Counted from the stretch's first letter, positions 30,879 to 41,295 are shown. The stretch is DNA of 64,000 bases from a bacterium (GCA_021781215.1 JAJXXC010000002.1:83371-147370); one strand, 5' to 3'. Translations and numbers: made by a program. The notes: generated by a model not told the origin, from the sequence alone.

Positions 30879-31595
30879 CTATTTATTATATTGATCTTTT
30901 TTTAGAAGTTCATCTATTGTTATGAATCTATAGCCATCTTTTAATAACCTTGTGATTACCAGACCAACTGCTTGAACCGTTTGGGCCCTGTCTCCAACCC
31001 CACCTTCTTTGCCGTCATGAAAAATGATAATTGCGCCCGGTTTTGCTTTTTTTATGACTGCTCTAGCAATTTTATTAGCATCAATTTTAAACACTTCGAG
31101 AGAATGACAAAACTCTCCAGAAATTGGAGTCAATCCAGCTGATTTTAATCTTCGAAGCAATGATGGATATCGCCATAGCCATGGCGAGCGGTAAAGGGTA
31201 GGGGTTATATTTAAATACTTGTCAAATATCTCTTGGTTTTTTAAAACTTCTAGCTGATAAAAATTAGGCCTAAAATAGTTTCTAAAACGATGCGACACTG
31301 AATGGCTACCAATACTATGCCCCGCAGCCAACACCTTTCTTGCGACATCAGGATATCGCTCAATGCAGTTACCGACCATAAAAAATGTAGCTTTTATATT
31401 ATTTTCACTCAAGATATCTAATATCTGTGAGGTATAGGGCTCATTGGGGCCATCATCAAAAGTCAATGCAATCAACTTCTCTCTTGTTCTTACGCGCCAT
31501 ATATATCTGCCAAATACTTGAGAATATGAAGACATGAATAACCAGTAGCTGATAGCCAATAAAACCAAGATAATTAAAATTGAGAGAAATATCAT
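30879..31595 (-). CDS. polysaccharide deacetylase (NodB family)
   Basis: ALTFDDGP, KATFF, GSHSVSH, YRSP, IIIFHD. Confidence 0.9.
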   Translation of the reverse strand: MIFLSILIILVLLAISYWLFMSSYSQVFGRYIWRVRTREKLIALTFDDGPNEPYTSQILDILSENNIKATFFMVGNCIERYPDVARKVLAAGHSIGSHSVSHRFRNYFRPNFYQLEVLKNQEIFDKYLNITPTLYRSPWLWRYPSLLRRLKSAGLTPISGEFCHSLEVFKIDANKIARAVIKKAKPGAIIIFHDGKEGGVGDRAQTVQAVGLVITRLLKDGYRFITIDELLKKDQYNK

Positions 31596-31598
31596 TGT

Positions 31599-32498
31599 CT
31601 ACTTCCTAAATGCGGTCTTAACCCTATCTATAGTACTAATAGTGTCATGCATATTATCTTTCAAAAAACTGCGCGAATATGGGATGGCAATAATAGCGAT
31701 GAGAATACCTGCGTAAACTGGCATCAATTTATTGCTAAAAGCAGTTTTTATACTGATCGGTTTTTTCCTAAAAGCAGGCGCAGAGCCAATTATTTCTCTT
31801 TTAAATAATCGATTAAGATAGTAGGCCGTTAAATAATAGAACAGAAATGTTACAAATAAATTATAGAATAGTCCTTGCTCAAGCCTTCTTCCCGAAGTAT
31901 AGGTTGAATTATTGTAGATAAATTTTACCCTACCACGTTTGCGGAGCTTGTGTAATAGATCGACTTCATCTCCAGCTTGTGGCAAATTAACATCGTATCC
32001 CTCCCATTCAGACTTCTTGAAGGCGATATTCGTGGCACTTAAATAAAATGGATGTCTGATTAAAAATTGAAGAAAAAACACGCTGCCAAATAAAAAAGGA
32101 GTATAGATTCGACCCCAACGAGGTCCAGTTATATATCTACACGGACCCCCAACAGCCACAATTTTGGAATTATTTTCAAAAGTAGCATTTATTTTAGTCA
32201 ACCAATCTTTTGAAAAAATCGTATCCGCATCAGTTGAAACTATAATTTCACCATTTGCATGTTCCGTGCCCGCCTGTCTGGCCCAACAGACACCCGGTTG
32301 TTTCTCGCTAACAACCTTAGCTCCGAAAGATTTTGCTATATTAACCGTGTCGTCGGTACAATTATTATCAACAATAATTATTTCAACATTCCCCTTAAAT
32401 GTCTGTTTTTTTAAAGATTCTAGGGTAGCGGCAATATAATTTTCCTCGTTATAACAAGGTATAACGATACTAAAGCGGGGTTTATTTAATTTATCCAT
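31599..32498 (-). CDS. glycosyltransferase family 2
   Basis: SIVIPCYNEE, VDNNCTD, TDAD. Confidence 0.9.
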   Translation of the reverse strand: MDKLNKPRFSIVIPCYNEENYIAATLESLKKQTFKGNVEIIIVDNNCTDDTVNIAKSFGAKVVSEKQPGVCWARQAGTEHANGEIIVSTDADTIFSKDWLTKINATFENNSKIVAVGGPCRYITGPRWGRIYTPFLFGSVFFLQFLIRHPFYLSATNIAFKKSEWEGYDVNLPQAGDEVDLLHKLRKRGRVKFIYNNSTYTSGRRLEQGLFYNLFVTFLFYYLTAYYLNRLFKREIIGSAPAFRKKPISIKTAFSNKLMPVYAGILIAIIAIPYSRSFLKDNMHDTISTIDRVKTAFRK

Positions 32499-32678
32499 AA
32501 AATATTATTGATTTGACCAGCGTGCACCCTAAAAATAACTCATCTCAGTTTACAATAACTTTTGATAATTAGACACTAAAAATGTGATGTTTTTAGTAAT
32601 TATATTAAGCTACATAGAAATAATATAGCTCGACTCTAACGGTTAAGCATTGGGTCAGTATTATAACTTCTTTGTTTA

Positions 32679-33371
32679 TTATTTATCTTTTTTGAGTGCT
32701 AAAGCAGCGTCGTGTAGCTCATCGTATAGCTGACGGTTTTTTTGATTATCTCTCTCAAAAGTCTCACCGTCAGCCTTATCATATGCAGTCTTTAGTTTAT
32801 CGTATGCGTCTTTTAGACTTGGGTCCAGCCCTTCATTAGACGAAAGTACTACACCCATACTCCCAATACTGATTGGACATCTAAGCACTACATTGCCACC
32901 TGTTTTTCCCTCTTTTACTAATATATGGGCAGAAAGCTCTGTATCAAAAAGGCCAAGATTTATATTTCCTAGTCCATAACTTCTCAGCAGTTCAAGTACT
33001 TCGTCAATATTATCGTAAGAAAAAACAATGCTTGTTTCCAGATTATGCTCACTATCAAACATAGATCCAATTTCTATATCATTTGCGTTATCTGCAAATA
33101 TAATTGCCGTATCGGTAAACTCACGACTTCTTCCTTGCGCGTCTCGTCGTTCTGCTGCCTCTTTTAATCTATTTGATAACGACTTTGGAACAACTTCAGT
33201 CTCTACTACTTCACCCAAAGCGACTCCTTTGTTCTCAATGTCTCTTACATGATCTGGGTTTAATCCGTCGAGCTCTTGTGTGGCAGCCAATAATCCAGTT
33301 TTAGTTTCACCATCAATGCGCGGAAGCTCATGGATAGATTGATTACCAGGAAAATCCTCTATCGTACTCAT
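32679..33371 (-). CDS. hypothetical protein
   Basis: 230-aa acidic ORF, SD-like GAAAGG upstream; no recognised family. Confidence 0.6.
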   Translation of the reverse strand: MSTIEDFPGNQSIHELPRIDGETKTGLLAATQELDGLNPDHVRDIENKGVALGEVVETEVVPKSLSNRLKEAAERRDAQGRSREFTDTAIIFADNANDIEIGSMFDSEHNLETSIVFSYDNIDEVLELLRSYGLGNINLGLFDTELSAHILVKEGKTGGNVVLRCPISIGSMGVVLSSNEGLDPSLKDAYDKLKTAYDKADGETFERDNQKNRQLYDELHDAALALKKDK

Positions 33372-33850
33372 TTTTCATACCCTTTCAAAATTTTAATTAT
33401 TTTTTCTTTTTTGATATATCGCTATTCTACTAGCGCTTAGACTATCCTGTCAATAAATAGCATCGCTCTATCTGGCAAGATACCTTAAGATACGAAACCC
33501 TGTATTCCTTAAGCTACCGGCATAATAGCTTGTATCCACTAGTAACGATAGTTGATTCTGCAAATAGTATTGAAAACTAACAAATGTGCGGATATAACGC
33601 CTTGATAACCAAGCTTAAGACCACTCAAGGACGTCAATGACTACAATCTTTTTAAGAATTATGCATCTTTAGATTGATCATTTTTTCATTGGTTGTATTC
33701 TCGGCAACTACTTTACTGGATTTTAGTGATTCAGAATTAGCAATATTATTTTATTTAAAAAATTATACTAGAACTTCAATGATTTATTGACTTGCATATT
33801 AAATTATCTGCATCTAAAGTTAGGATATAACAATAGATAGGGGATCTTAG

Positions 33851-35239
33851 ATGGACGAAAATGCTTCAGTTAAAAAAATATTTTCAAAACTTATGATTGA
33901 GCGAGTGCCTTCATACGCCAATAAAATATTCTACTCTCTAGGTTTCTTATCGATGATTTGCTTTACGATCCTAATTGTAACTGGGGTCATCATGGTATCC
34001 TTTGGCCCAAACTGGTGGCTGGTTAATGCTACTGGGCAATTTTTTCGAAGCATCCATCTCTGGGCTACTCAAGCCTTTGTTCTGTTTACAATTCTTCATT
34101 TATTAATTGTTTTTCTAACCTCGGGTTATAAGAAGCCTAGACGCTTAACTTGGGTGATTGGTGCCATAATGTTCTTTTTTGTTCTTATTGAGGCAGAATT
34201 TGGCTATGTTTTACGGGGAGATTTTTCATCACAATATCGGAGCCTCCAAGGTGCAGATTTATTTAATGGCAGTGGCATAGGCGGTTTTCTTAATGAGTTA
34301 AACTACCGACAAATCTTTGGATTGCACATAGTTGTTGTCCCACTACTCGTCTTGGGGTTATTGTTTATTCATTACGTTCTAATCAAAGCTAGGGGTATCG
34401 CCAAACCTTATCGACAAGATGTTAACTACACGGTAGTAAGGGCTAACCATAAAATATTATTCTTGCGAGGATTTATATTAATTCTGGCTATAGTTGGCCT
34501 GGCTGCTATCTTCCCATCACCATTCATTATTCCCACCTCAATTCAGGGTGTAGCCCAACAAGATCCGCAACTAATAAGCCAAACACTCGTCAAAGAATTT
34601 ACTAGAACCTCAGACACAGCCGCATATTTAGACAATATTGACCCATATAAATTTGATGTCAGGCAAGTATATATCGTCCAGCCTTATCAGAAATTAATGA
34701 TCGTCCAACACTCAGCAAACCAACTTAATATATTCGACGCAGAGTCAATAACAGCTCAAAACACACAGTTAGCGCAAGCAACCAGCTACTTTAATAACAA
34801 AATTAAACTACCGAAGCTTAATCCAGCTATAAATATAATCAACTCGCTCACCACTATGGCACAGTCTGGTTTATATGAGGCATCGCTGACTAACGCTAAC
34901 CCATCTGGAGATCAAACAACATATGCTCTACGTTTCCTTTCCGATACCGGCATCATGGATGCTAAGGCCCAAGCCCTCGGTATAACAACCCAGCAATATG
35001 GCATGCTACATGAAGAATCGAGCAAATTCCCAGTAGGGGCTTGGTGGTTGGCGCCGATTGGTTTATTAGACCACACTCTATTGGCTCATGATTCCAATGC
35101 TGACCGAGACGGAGCAGTTATAGTTGGCTTATCTATATTCGTCTTAATAGCATTCCCATACATACCATACTTTAACACCATACCGGATAAGCTTAAGGTC
35201 TATAAATTAGTTTGGCGTGAACGTAAGAGTAACCGATAA
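33851..35239 (+). CDS. cytochrome b/b6 N-terminal domain protein with C-terminal extension
   Basis: RSIHLWATQ...ILHL and FGLHIV...FIHY (four heme-ligand His), RRLTWVIG, FGYVLRGD. Confidence 0.8.
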   Translation: MDENASVKKIFSKLMIERVPSYANKIFYSLGFLSMICFTILIVTGVIMVSFGPNWWLVNATGQFFRSIHLWATQAFVLFTILHLLIVFLTSGYKKPRRLTWVIGAIMFFFVLIEAEFGYVLRGDFSSQYRSLQGADLFNGSGIGGFLNELNYRQIFGLHIVVVPLLVLGLLFIHYVLIKARGIAKPYRQDVNYTVVRANHKILFLRGFILILAIVGLAAIFPSPFIIPTSIQGVAQQDPQLISQTLVKEFTRTSDTAAYLDNIDPYKFDVRQVYIVQPYQKLMIVQHSANQLNIFDAESITAQNTQLAQATSYFNNKIKLPKLNPAINIINSLTTMAQSGLYEASLTNANPSGDQTTYALRFLSDTGIMDAKAQALGITTQQYGMLHEESSKFPVGAWWLAPIGLLDHTLLAHDSNADRDGAVIVGLSIFVLIAFPYIPYFNTIPDKLKVYKLVWRERKSNR

Positions 35240-35254
35240 ACCACAACAACCTAT

Positions 35255-36991
35255 TTACCACATAATATTGATAAGACCTTGAGGCATATTTTCTGTCTCA
35301 TATTGGCCAGTACAACCCGTGCTGCTAGGCGGCAAGGTTGCGTGAAAAATTGAGCCAACAGAACCGTTGTTGGCAGTTATGTCAGAGAATTTAACAGCTG
35401 ACTGATGTATGTTGCTGCATGATGATCCGGTGCTGTATCGTTCATGAAATGTAGCAGATTTTGTATCTAACATTCCGATCTGGGCAGGGGTAGTAATACT
35501 ACCAATTATAGACGACACTTTAGTAGAGGTATCGATTACTGATGCAGTCCAGGTATTGATAAAAGCTGATTTATTAGTCAGCTCTAGTTTTAAATCATAG
35601 GTATGATTTATTAACCAATTATATTTTATTTCTGACGAATAATAAGTTTTATCACCCTGGCTACCAGAGGTATTATATCCCGGACCACTCGAGGAGAGAG
35701 ACCCCCAAATTGTAAATTTAGCCGTTTTACCCGACGATCCCTGTCCCACAGTCTCTAGCCCAAGATATCCCGTAAAAGAATCCGAAGCCTTAGAAAAATA
35801 AAATTGATTAGCAAAAAGGTATCCGTCAGGCGATCCATCTGATACTGGTGTTATATTTGCATCCATTCCGGTTAAGCCCTGGGTAGTTTCGGGCCAGTAC
35901 CAATAAGTATTATCAAAATATATTGCGTTTGTTAATGCTTGAGTGCTTGAGCCATTAAAAATTTTTGGAGCTACTGCCACGACCTGACTTACCGTAGAAT
36001 TATTGGCCACTACTGTCCCGGTGGTTGCCGACTGATTTGAACTAGTTGTCGCCGCAGGACTACAATTGCTTAAACTACTGACTTTTACTGGACTGGTCCA
36101 GGCTGCAGAATAACTGGTATCAGGTAGTGGCCCCAAGGCTATAGAGTCTCCTGCCGGTAAATTATCTAATGCATTGTCTGCCGTCATCCAGGCCCCAGCC
36201 TGGTCTTGCGATGACCCAGTAGCCAACGTACCGTCATAATTCCACGCTGAGCCTAAATCAATAATTTGATTACTATTCAACCATGCGGCGGCGTGAGGCG
36301 AGTATGCCCCACTCTGCATTTCGGGGACATAACTAGGCGTTACCATGGCTACATAAACATTTACTGTTCCGCTAATGGCGCCAGGGCTTTGACATGCATA
36401 GGAATAAAAAGTCGAGTTGGTGTAGGCCGATTGACCACTGGCCGAATATTTTACAACGTTAGCCTGATCGGCTACAACCTTAGCTTGATCATTTTTGTAA
36501 GCTGTTACCAGTGTGGTTTCTGCCGCCAAATCGCTCTTTAAAATATCATTTTTATGAGCCAAAATCGTCCTATCACTATTAACTCTTTCTAGAATGTTTG
36601 GGTTTCCAGCATTCGGACCAGAAGCATATGCAACTTTTGCATTTGCGAAAGCTTTTGATGCAACGTTAACCGCCTCTTGGTCAGACTGGACTATCTTTTC
36701 CTGCAAGGTAAGGAGAGATTGGTCTTCTGCAACCGCTGATTGATCAGTCGCTAGTTCGTCCTCTGATGTTTGAAGAATAGTCAAACTTGCTGTTGAATAT
36801 GAGCTAGCTGCAACTATGGGATTTTGAACACTTTTGCCCAAATAATCGTATGTATAACTCGATGCCTTTGATCCACCGGTAACATCAAAAATATAGACAC
36901 CAATTCCGATCATAGAGATTATGGCAGCCACCATAGTAATGAATTCAACGCGCGAGAAATCTTTGAAATTTAGTTTTTTAAGAAATGCCAT
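35255..36991 (-). CDS. membrane-anchored surface protein: coiled coil, S/T linker and C-terminal beta-rich (DUF3472-like) domain
   Basis: N-terminal TM; C-terminal domain aligns by eye with the 43467 ORF. Confidence 0.7.
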   Translation of the reverse strand: MAFLKKLNFKDFSRVEFITMVAAIISMIGIGVYIFDVTGGSKASSYTYDYLGKSVQNPIVAASSYSTASLTILQTSEDELATDQSAVAEDQSLLTLQEKIVQSDQEAVNVASKAFANAKVAYASGPNAGNPNILERVNSDRTILAHKNDILKSDLAAETTLVTAYKNDQAKVVADQANVVKYSASGQSAYTNSTFYSYACQSPGAISGTVNVYVAMVTPSYVPEMQSGAYSPHAAAWLNSNQIIDLGSAWNYDGTLATGSSQDQAGAWMTADNALDNLPAGDSIALGPLPDTSYSAAWTSPVKVSSLSNCSPAATTSSNQSATTGTVVANNSTVSQVVAVAPKIFNGSSTQALTNAIYFDNTYWYWPETTQGLTGMDANITPVSDGSPDGYLFANQFYFSKASDSFTGYLGLETVGQGSSGKTAKFTIWGSLSSSGPGYNTSGSQGDKTYYSSEIKYNWLINHTYDLKLELTNKSAFINTWTASVIDTSTKVSSIIGSITTPAQIGMLDTKSATFHERYSTGSSCSNIHQSAVKFSDITANNGSVGSIFHATLPPSSTGCTGQYETENMPQGLINIMW

Positions 36992-37110
36992 GTCTTTATT
37001 TCATAGGATGCTTACGGTTATATAACTTAAGCTTAACTGAAGATTAGGGTTCACACAAGTTAACATCTAGGCAAACAACATTAGACGCTCAGGATAGTAG
37101 GGACCAAGAC

Positions 37111-37425
37111 CTATTCATCAACCTTTTCCAAAAAAACCCTGTTACTAAAACCACCACGCAAGGACTTTTTTTCTTTTCTTGCAGACTCTATTTGATTAGT
37201 TGTAAACCCAAGTTTTTTACCAATAGCATATATTACCTCCAGAACATCGGCTAATTCTTCTAGTGAAGGGTTGTCTTTTAACTCCTGGGCTTCCTCAAAA
37301 AGTTTATCTATTAAGGCTATTAAATACTCTTTTTCATCTGACAAAATACGTGTATAAGGGATATCGCCATTAGCTTTAATTATATTGGGGATTTTATCTC
37401 TGACTAATTTATTGTAGGTCTTCAT
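37111..37425 (-). CDS. MazG-like nucleoside triphosphate pyrophosphohydrolase
   Basis: YNKLVRDKIP, KLFEEAQE, EELADVLEV, RGGF. Confidence 0.87.
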   Translation of the reverse strand: MKTYNKLVRDKIPNIIKANGDIPYTRILSDEKEYLIALIDKLFEEAQELKDNPSLEELADVLEVIYAIGKKLGFTTNQIESARKEKKSLRGGFSNRVFLEKVDE

Positions 37426-37459
37426 TGTTAATTTAATTATTTAACTTAAACAAAAAATT

Positions 37460-37504
37460 AACAAGCACGAAGTTAATCTACGCCACATCAATCTAAATTT
37501 AAAT
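37460..37504 (+). repeat. heavily decayed copy of the tRNA-Arg junction repeat
   Basis: AACAAGCAC identical to the tRNA flank (44768-44776), then TACGCCACA resembling TGCACCACA; differences are mostly transitions; intergenic. Confidence 0.4.
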
Positions 37505-37507
37505 GTC

Positions 37508-38128
37508 TTAGGTATTTATTTTATTCGCAAATACAACTAGTCTACTTGAATAGGTTTTATTATCCGGGTTCCATATCCCTTGACAGGTAATAATATTGAG
37601 ATGAGATAAATTATCGGTTGATGCGAATATATTTTTATCACTCTGACTAGGCGTGTAAATCTTTAGATCAACTACCACGAAAGATACGACCATATTATTA
37701 TTCTCTACAACCCTAATCAAGTTACCCTTATTTAGTTTATTTAGGTCATTAAATACCGCGGGCTCTCCATTTATCCAAAATCCATAATGCCCATCAATGA
37801 CCGAGCTCCCAATCTCTCCGGGGCGCGGACCTAAATTGAACCAAGCCCCGTTATTCCTACCGATTGGTACATCCATTGCGCCGTTACTGGCGATGCCCAC
37901 TGATTCTAGATTAATTGCAAGACTAATAGACGGTATAAGCAGCTTAACGGGAATGCCATATATAGGCAAAACTACCGGTTTGGTATTGATTTGTTTGCGG
38001 TATGTATTGGCGGTCGAAGCTATAGACGGAGAAATAGTTCGATATATACCTAGGCTAATAATGGGTACAAGCAATATCAACAATATGGTAAATCTAGCCG
38101 ATTTTTTATTTAAAAGGCTACTAGACAT
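37508..38128 (-). CDS. class F sortase
   Basis: N-terminal TM, PVKLLIPSI, GPRPGEIGSSVIDGH, LNIITCQG...YSSRLVV (His/Cys/Arg triad). Confidence 0.9.
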   Translation of the reverse strand: MSSSLLNKKSARFTILLILLVPIISLGIYRTISPSIASTANTYRKQINTKPVVLPIYGIPVKLLIPSISLAINLESVGIASNGAMDVPIGRNNGAWFNLGPRPGEIGSSVIDGHYGFWINGEPAVFNDLNKLNKGNLIRVVENNNMVVSFVVVDLKIYTPSQSDKNIFASTDNLSHLNIITCQGIWNPDNKTYSSRLVVFANKINT

Positions 38129-38163
38129 TGTGTTACTAAACGCTTAGCTTAGCCTGAGTAGTC

Positions 38164-39000
38164 TTAGATATTTCGTCTTTTAGCGATATATAGTGACAAA
38201 ACGGCAACAATACCCCCAATGGCAACTAGGTCTTGCCATAAATATCCATTTTGTATTTGTGGGCCCGCACCGGTGTTGGGTAATTTAGGCACGACAGTAA
38301 CCGAGCCGAAAACAGATTTAGCTAAACAAGATGATCCAGTTATAGTATTACTATCCAACGTGACGGCTCCTGTTTGGGCTAAAGCACGACCATTTAAACT
38401 TGCACCAGTCTGCAAACTAATTGATGTTAGTGCCAATATATTACCAGTCAGTGACGTGTTTGTCCCTAGAGTCGCAGAGCTAACTACTCTCCACCAGACA
38501 TTACATGAATCACCGCCCAACACATTAGCTGAGCCGGAAGTTATAAGTGTCGATGCCGACTTAAAAATCCACACCCCACTGCCAGAAAGCGTCAAAGTTC
38601 CCGAAAGCGCAAAGGCGTCCGCGCAGTAAACTCCTGCTACAAGATTCAATCCAACCAAATCTTTCGTACCAGCATAGGTTGTAGTACACCCCTGATCAAG
38701 CGCACCAAATGCGGCCGTATCTGAAGTTTGTGCCGAAAGAGAATCGGCGGCATTACGAATTGTTCCAGGCGGCCCAACAATTCCCGGGGGAAAACCTGTC
38801 GGCAATCCGCCGGTACTTATGCCTAAGTCTCCAGGCATAGTTGTATTACCAGTATTGGTTACGGTAGTATTTCCTAATACCGAATAGCTGCCGACCGTAC
38901 CTAGCGTAGGTGATGTTGCGGCAAATACTTGTCCTACAACCCCTAGGCCCAAATAAGTCGTTAGAACACTTAATATTAATAGCTTGTTAATGTTCTTCAT
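38164..39000 (-). CDS. DUF3494 ice-binding-like protein with LPXTG sorting signal
   Basis: Signal peptide; TTVTNTG, GVWIFK, NVWWRVVSSATLGT, GNILALTSISL.TGA.LNGRALAQTGAVTLD; C-terminal LPNTG, TM and KRR. Confidence 0.88.
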   Translation of the reverse strand: MKNINKLLILSVLTTYLGLGVVGQVFAATSPTLGTVGSYSVLGNTTVTNTGNTTMPGDLGISTGGLPTGFPPGIVGPPGTIRNAADSLSAQTSDTAAFGALDQGCTTTYAGTKDLVGLNLVAGVYCADAFALSGTLTLSGSGVWIFKSASTLITSGSANVLGGDSCNVWWRVVSSATLGTNTSLTGNILALTSISLQTGASLNGRALAQTGAVTLDSNTITGSSCLAKSVFGSVTVVPKLPNTGAGPQIQNGYLWQDLVAIGGIVAVLSLYIAKRRNI

Positions 39001-39229
39001 AGTGGTCTTCTTTCTTGGCTATTTAGCCAATTGGATTAAATATTTTACCATCAGACTACTTATCAATTTTTAAAGTTACTAGGATTATCTTTGATGCTCA
39101 CTAATTACGCTGCATGAACTTTCATGTTGTCATTATTTCAACGTTTATTTATATTATACTCCTTCGTACAGCTTTTAACTAAATAATTGAAATTGACCCT
39201 TATTAGATATGCAGATTTTCGTTTGAAGA

Positions 39230-39931
39230 CTATATTGTTTTACAGTGTTCAATTAGCATTTTTAGCTTCTCTGGAACAAAAATTCCACTATATGGCTCAA
39301 CTTCTATGCTTGTTGAGACAAGAAGTTGATCAAATGCTCCAGTATAATCACGAATATTATCTATGCTTATACCGCTTGCTACTGCTAGCTTTTTATCACC
39401 AATAGCCTGCTTCATAGCTTTAATCTTTTCTGGTCTTGGTGGTTTTCCGGTGCCTTTGCCACTAGTTGTGACCACATCAACATAAGGCATAAGATTCCTG
39501 GTCTCGATTACGGCTTGTTCTGTATTATCAGTGTAGGTTTGAGTGTATTTAAATGCGACTCCTCCAAGATAAAGTATTCTCGCAAGCTCTTGATGTTTAT
39601 GGCGTAGACTAACTAATTTGTCTTTATTCGGAATAGCGTCATCTGTCCATATACCATCTGGGAGCCTCGCTATATCGCCAGATTTAAATCGTGTATTAAT
39701 AAGTGAAAATGCACTTTCTGCAGAAGTAAGTTGCAAAAGATTTAAACCAATAAATCTGTATAGCTTTTCATCAGCAACTCCGTTATATGCCGAAAATAGT
39801 AAGTTGGTGTCGGGATTATGGTGGTCAATCAAATAGACCCCATTAGCTCCCGCCTCGAATGCGGGGGCCGCTTGATCCATTGCTTGCGACACTTCATTTA
39901 CGTGAACCACCGGGAATATTTCTATTGCCAT
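39230..39931 (-). CDS. BtpA/SgcQ-like TIM-barrel protein
   Basis: PVVHV, GGVAFKY, DVVTTSGKGTG, LAVASGISIDNI. Confidence 0.7.
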   Translation of the reverse strand: MAIEIFPVVHVNEVSQAMDQAAPAFEAGANGVYLIDHHNPDTNLLFSAYNGVADEKLYRFIGLNLLQLTSAESAFSLINTRFKSGDIARLPDGIWTDDAIPNKDKLVSLRHKHQELARILYLGGVAFKYTQTYTDNTEQAVIETRNLMPYVDVVTTSGKGTGKPPRPEKIKAMKQAIGDKKLAVASGISIDNIRDYTGAFDQLLVSTSIEVEPYSGIFVPEKLKMLIEHCKTI

Positions 39932-39962
39932 AGTCTAATACTGACAGTAACAAAATTTAAAT

Positions 39963-40005
39963 CAAGCATAGGCTTTACAGGCACAACGTCGGTTGAGGCT
40001 AGAAC
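39963..40005 (+). repeat. tRNA-Arg junction repeat copy 1
   Basis: CAAGCATAGGCTTTACAGGCACAACGTCGGTTGAGGCTAGAAC; aligns to copy 3 with one gap. Confidence 0.7.
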
Positions 40006-40063
40006 GATCTTAGCAAATTTAAATCGCATCAATATAAAATGAGCCGTAACCACTGTGGCTAAC

Positions 40064-40558
40064 TTACTTAGAAGATTCCTGAAGTCGACGACTAAACCAT
40101 GTCTCCATACCTACTACGTTTCCCGCATAGTAAGAGGTGTTGCCTGGCACAACTACAATTGACTCAGCAAATAGCCTCGAAGAAATGCGCATAATATCAG
40201 CAACTGATCCCCTAAAGTCCGAATTAATTCTTCCCGAATTCATAAGACTTTGAATTTTCTCTATGCCAGAAGTATCATTACTGAAACCACTATCCTCCGT
40301 TGAAGCAACTTTTGCCACCGCATCGCTATACTCTAATAAGCCTACCCACTCTTTTCTCAGCTTTTCGGGTAGTTGGATAGGGCGAACGTCTCTAAGATAT
40401 ACTGCAGGATTTCTTAATACTATTTCAGCACCATTATCTGGTTCAATATTTGCAGCATAAAAATCAGCCCATTCTAAACCAACCTGTCTCTGAAGCTCGC
40501 CGAGTTGAGCAGGATTATTTGCTAGTTCTGGGGCTGATAAATGTTTTTTACTTTCCAT
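40064..40558 (-). CDS. hypothetical protein
   Basis: Start reset to ATG 40558 (MESKK), just downstream of a consensus sigma70 promoter. Confidence 0.6.
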   Translation of the reverse strand: MESKKHLSAPELANNPAQLGELQRQVGLEWADFYAANIEPDNGAEIVLRNPAVYLRDVRPIQLPEKLRKEWVGLLEYSDAVAKVASTEDSGFSNDTSGIEKIQSLMNSGRINSDFRGSVADIMRISSRLFAESIVVVPGNTSYYAGNVVGMETWFSRRLQESSK

Positions 40559-40568
40559 GATATTAATA

Positions 40569-40597
40569 ATACTAGCATAAGCTTGATGTATTGTCAA
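40569..40597 (-). promoter_or_regulatory. sigma70 promoter
   Basis: TTGACA-N17-TAGTAT with extended TG. Confidence 0.7.
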
Positions 40598-40602
40598 TGT
40601 CG

Positions 40603-40631
40603 TGATGCATAATACTGGCTGAGGTCAGAAC
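40603..40631 (+). repeat. tRNA-Arg junction repeat copy 2
   Basis: TGATGCATAATACTGGCTGAGGTCAGAAC, 23/29 identical to copy 4. Confidence 0.75.
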
Positions 40632-40661
40632 TTTCTATTTAATTAGATACAATTGTCCGAG

Positions 40662-41201
40662 CTAAAGCATGAACACATCTTCAGATATTTTGGGTGCTTT
40701 CGAGCCATTATAACTAAATGAAGCCTGATATTTGGTTAATTTAATCAGGTCTCTAATTGTATGCAAATAACCCTTACCTAACCTGTGTTTTTTATCAAAC
40801 ATATGCTCTTCAATGGGTTCTGAGCGTTCAGTTTGATGTTCAACCATTATTTTTAGTTCATCAGACAAATGTATTCTTAGGCCCATATTAAAAAGGGGCA
40901 TGTCTCTTTGATTTATTTTGAAAGGTTCAAATAATATATCGTCTTTTACCCTGGAGTCATGTAAGTCAACATCGTCCATTAGTTCATTGTCAAAAGCGTT
41001 AGTAATATCTCTAAGAATTAACTTAGCAACTTTCCTTGTACGTCTGGGTGAAAATTCTACTCCATTTTCATAAACTCTCGCTTTTGCTCCAGATTCTAAA
41101 GCTTCGTTCAGCGCTATAAATCCAAGCTTTGCTGCTCGTAATTCTTGGTCTGTTTCCAGTATTAAAACCGAATTTATACCATCATTGTTTTCAAGTCTCA
41201 C
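40662..41201 (-). CDS. hypothetical protein
   Basis: 179-aa ORF, GTG start with AGGAG upstream. Confidence 0.6.
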   Translation of the reverse strand: MRLENNDGINSVLILETDQELRAAKLGFIALNEALESGAKARVYENGVEFSPRRTRKVAKLILRDITNAFDNELMDDVDLHDSRVKDDILFEPFKINQRDMPLFNMGLRIHLSDELKIMVEHQTERSEPIEEHMFDKKHRLGKGYLHTIRDLIKLTKYQASFSYNGSKAPKISEDVFML

Positions 41202-41250
41202 TTTGGTTATATTCTCCTACGATAGATAATGATATATCTATTGTTTATAT

Positions 41251-41295
41251 ACAAGCATAGTCGTTTTGGTACACCGCGCTGGTTGAGGTTAGAAC
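41251..41295 (+). repeat. tRNA-Arg junction repeat copy 3
   Basis: ACAAGCATAGTCGTTTTGGTACACCGCGCTGGTTGAGGTTAGAAC; first 25 nt match 44769-44793 at 19/25, last 29 nt match copy 4 at 24/29. Confidence 0.8.

Noticed and set aside
32522..32529. GTGCACCC matching the tRNA-Arg end as the far boundary of the island
   Set aside because: Only 8 bp and lacks both arms. The position is plausible but cannot be told from chance.
33590..33640. Imperfect hairpin AACGCCTTGA...TCAAGGACGTC resembling attC
   Set aside because: The right end is GTC rather than GTT, it is a single copy, and no integrase is present.
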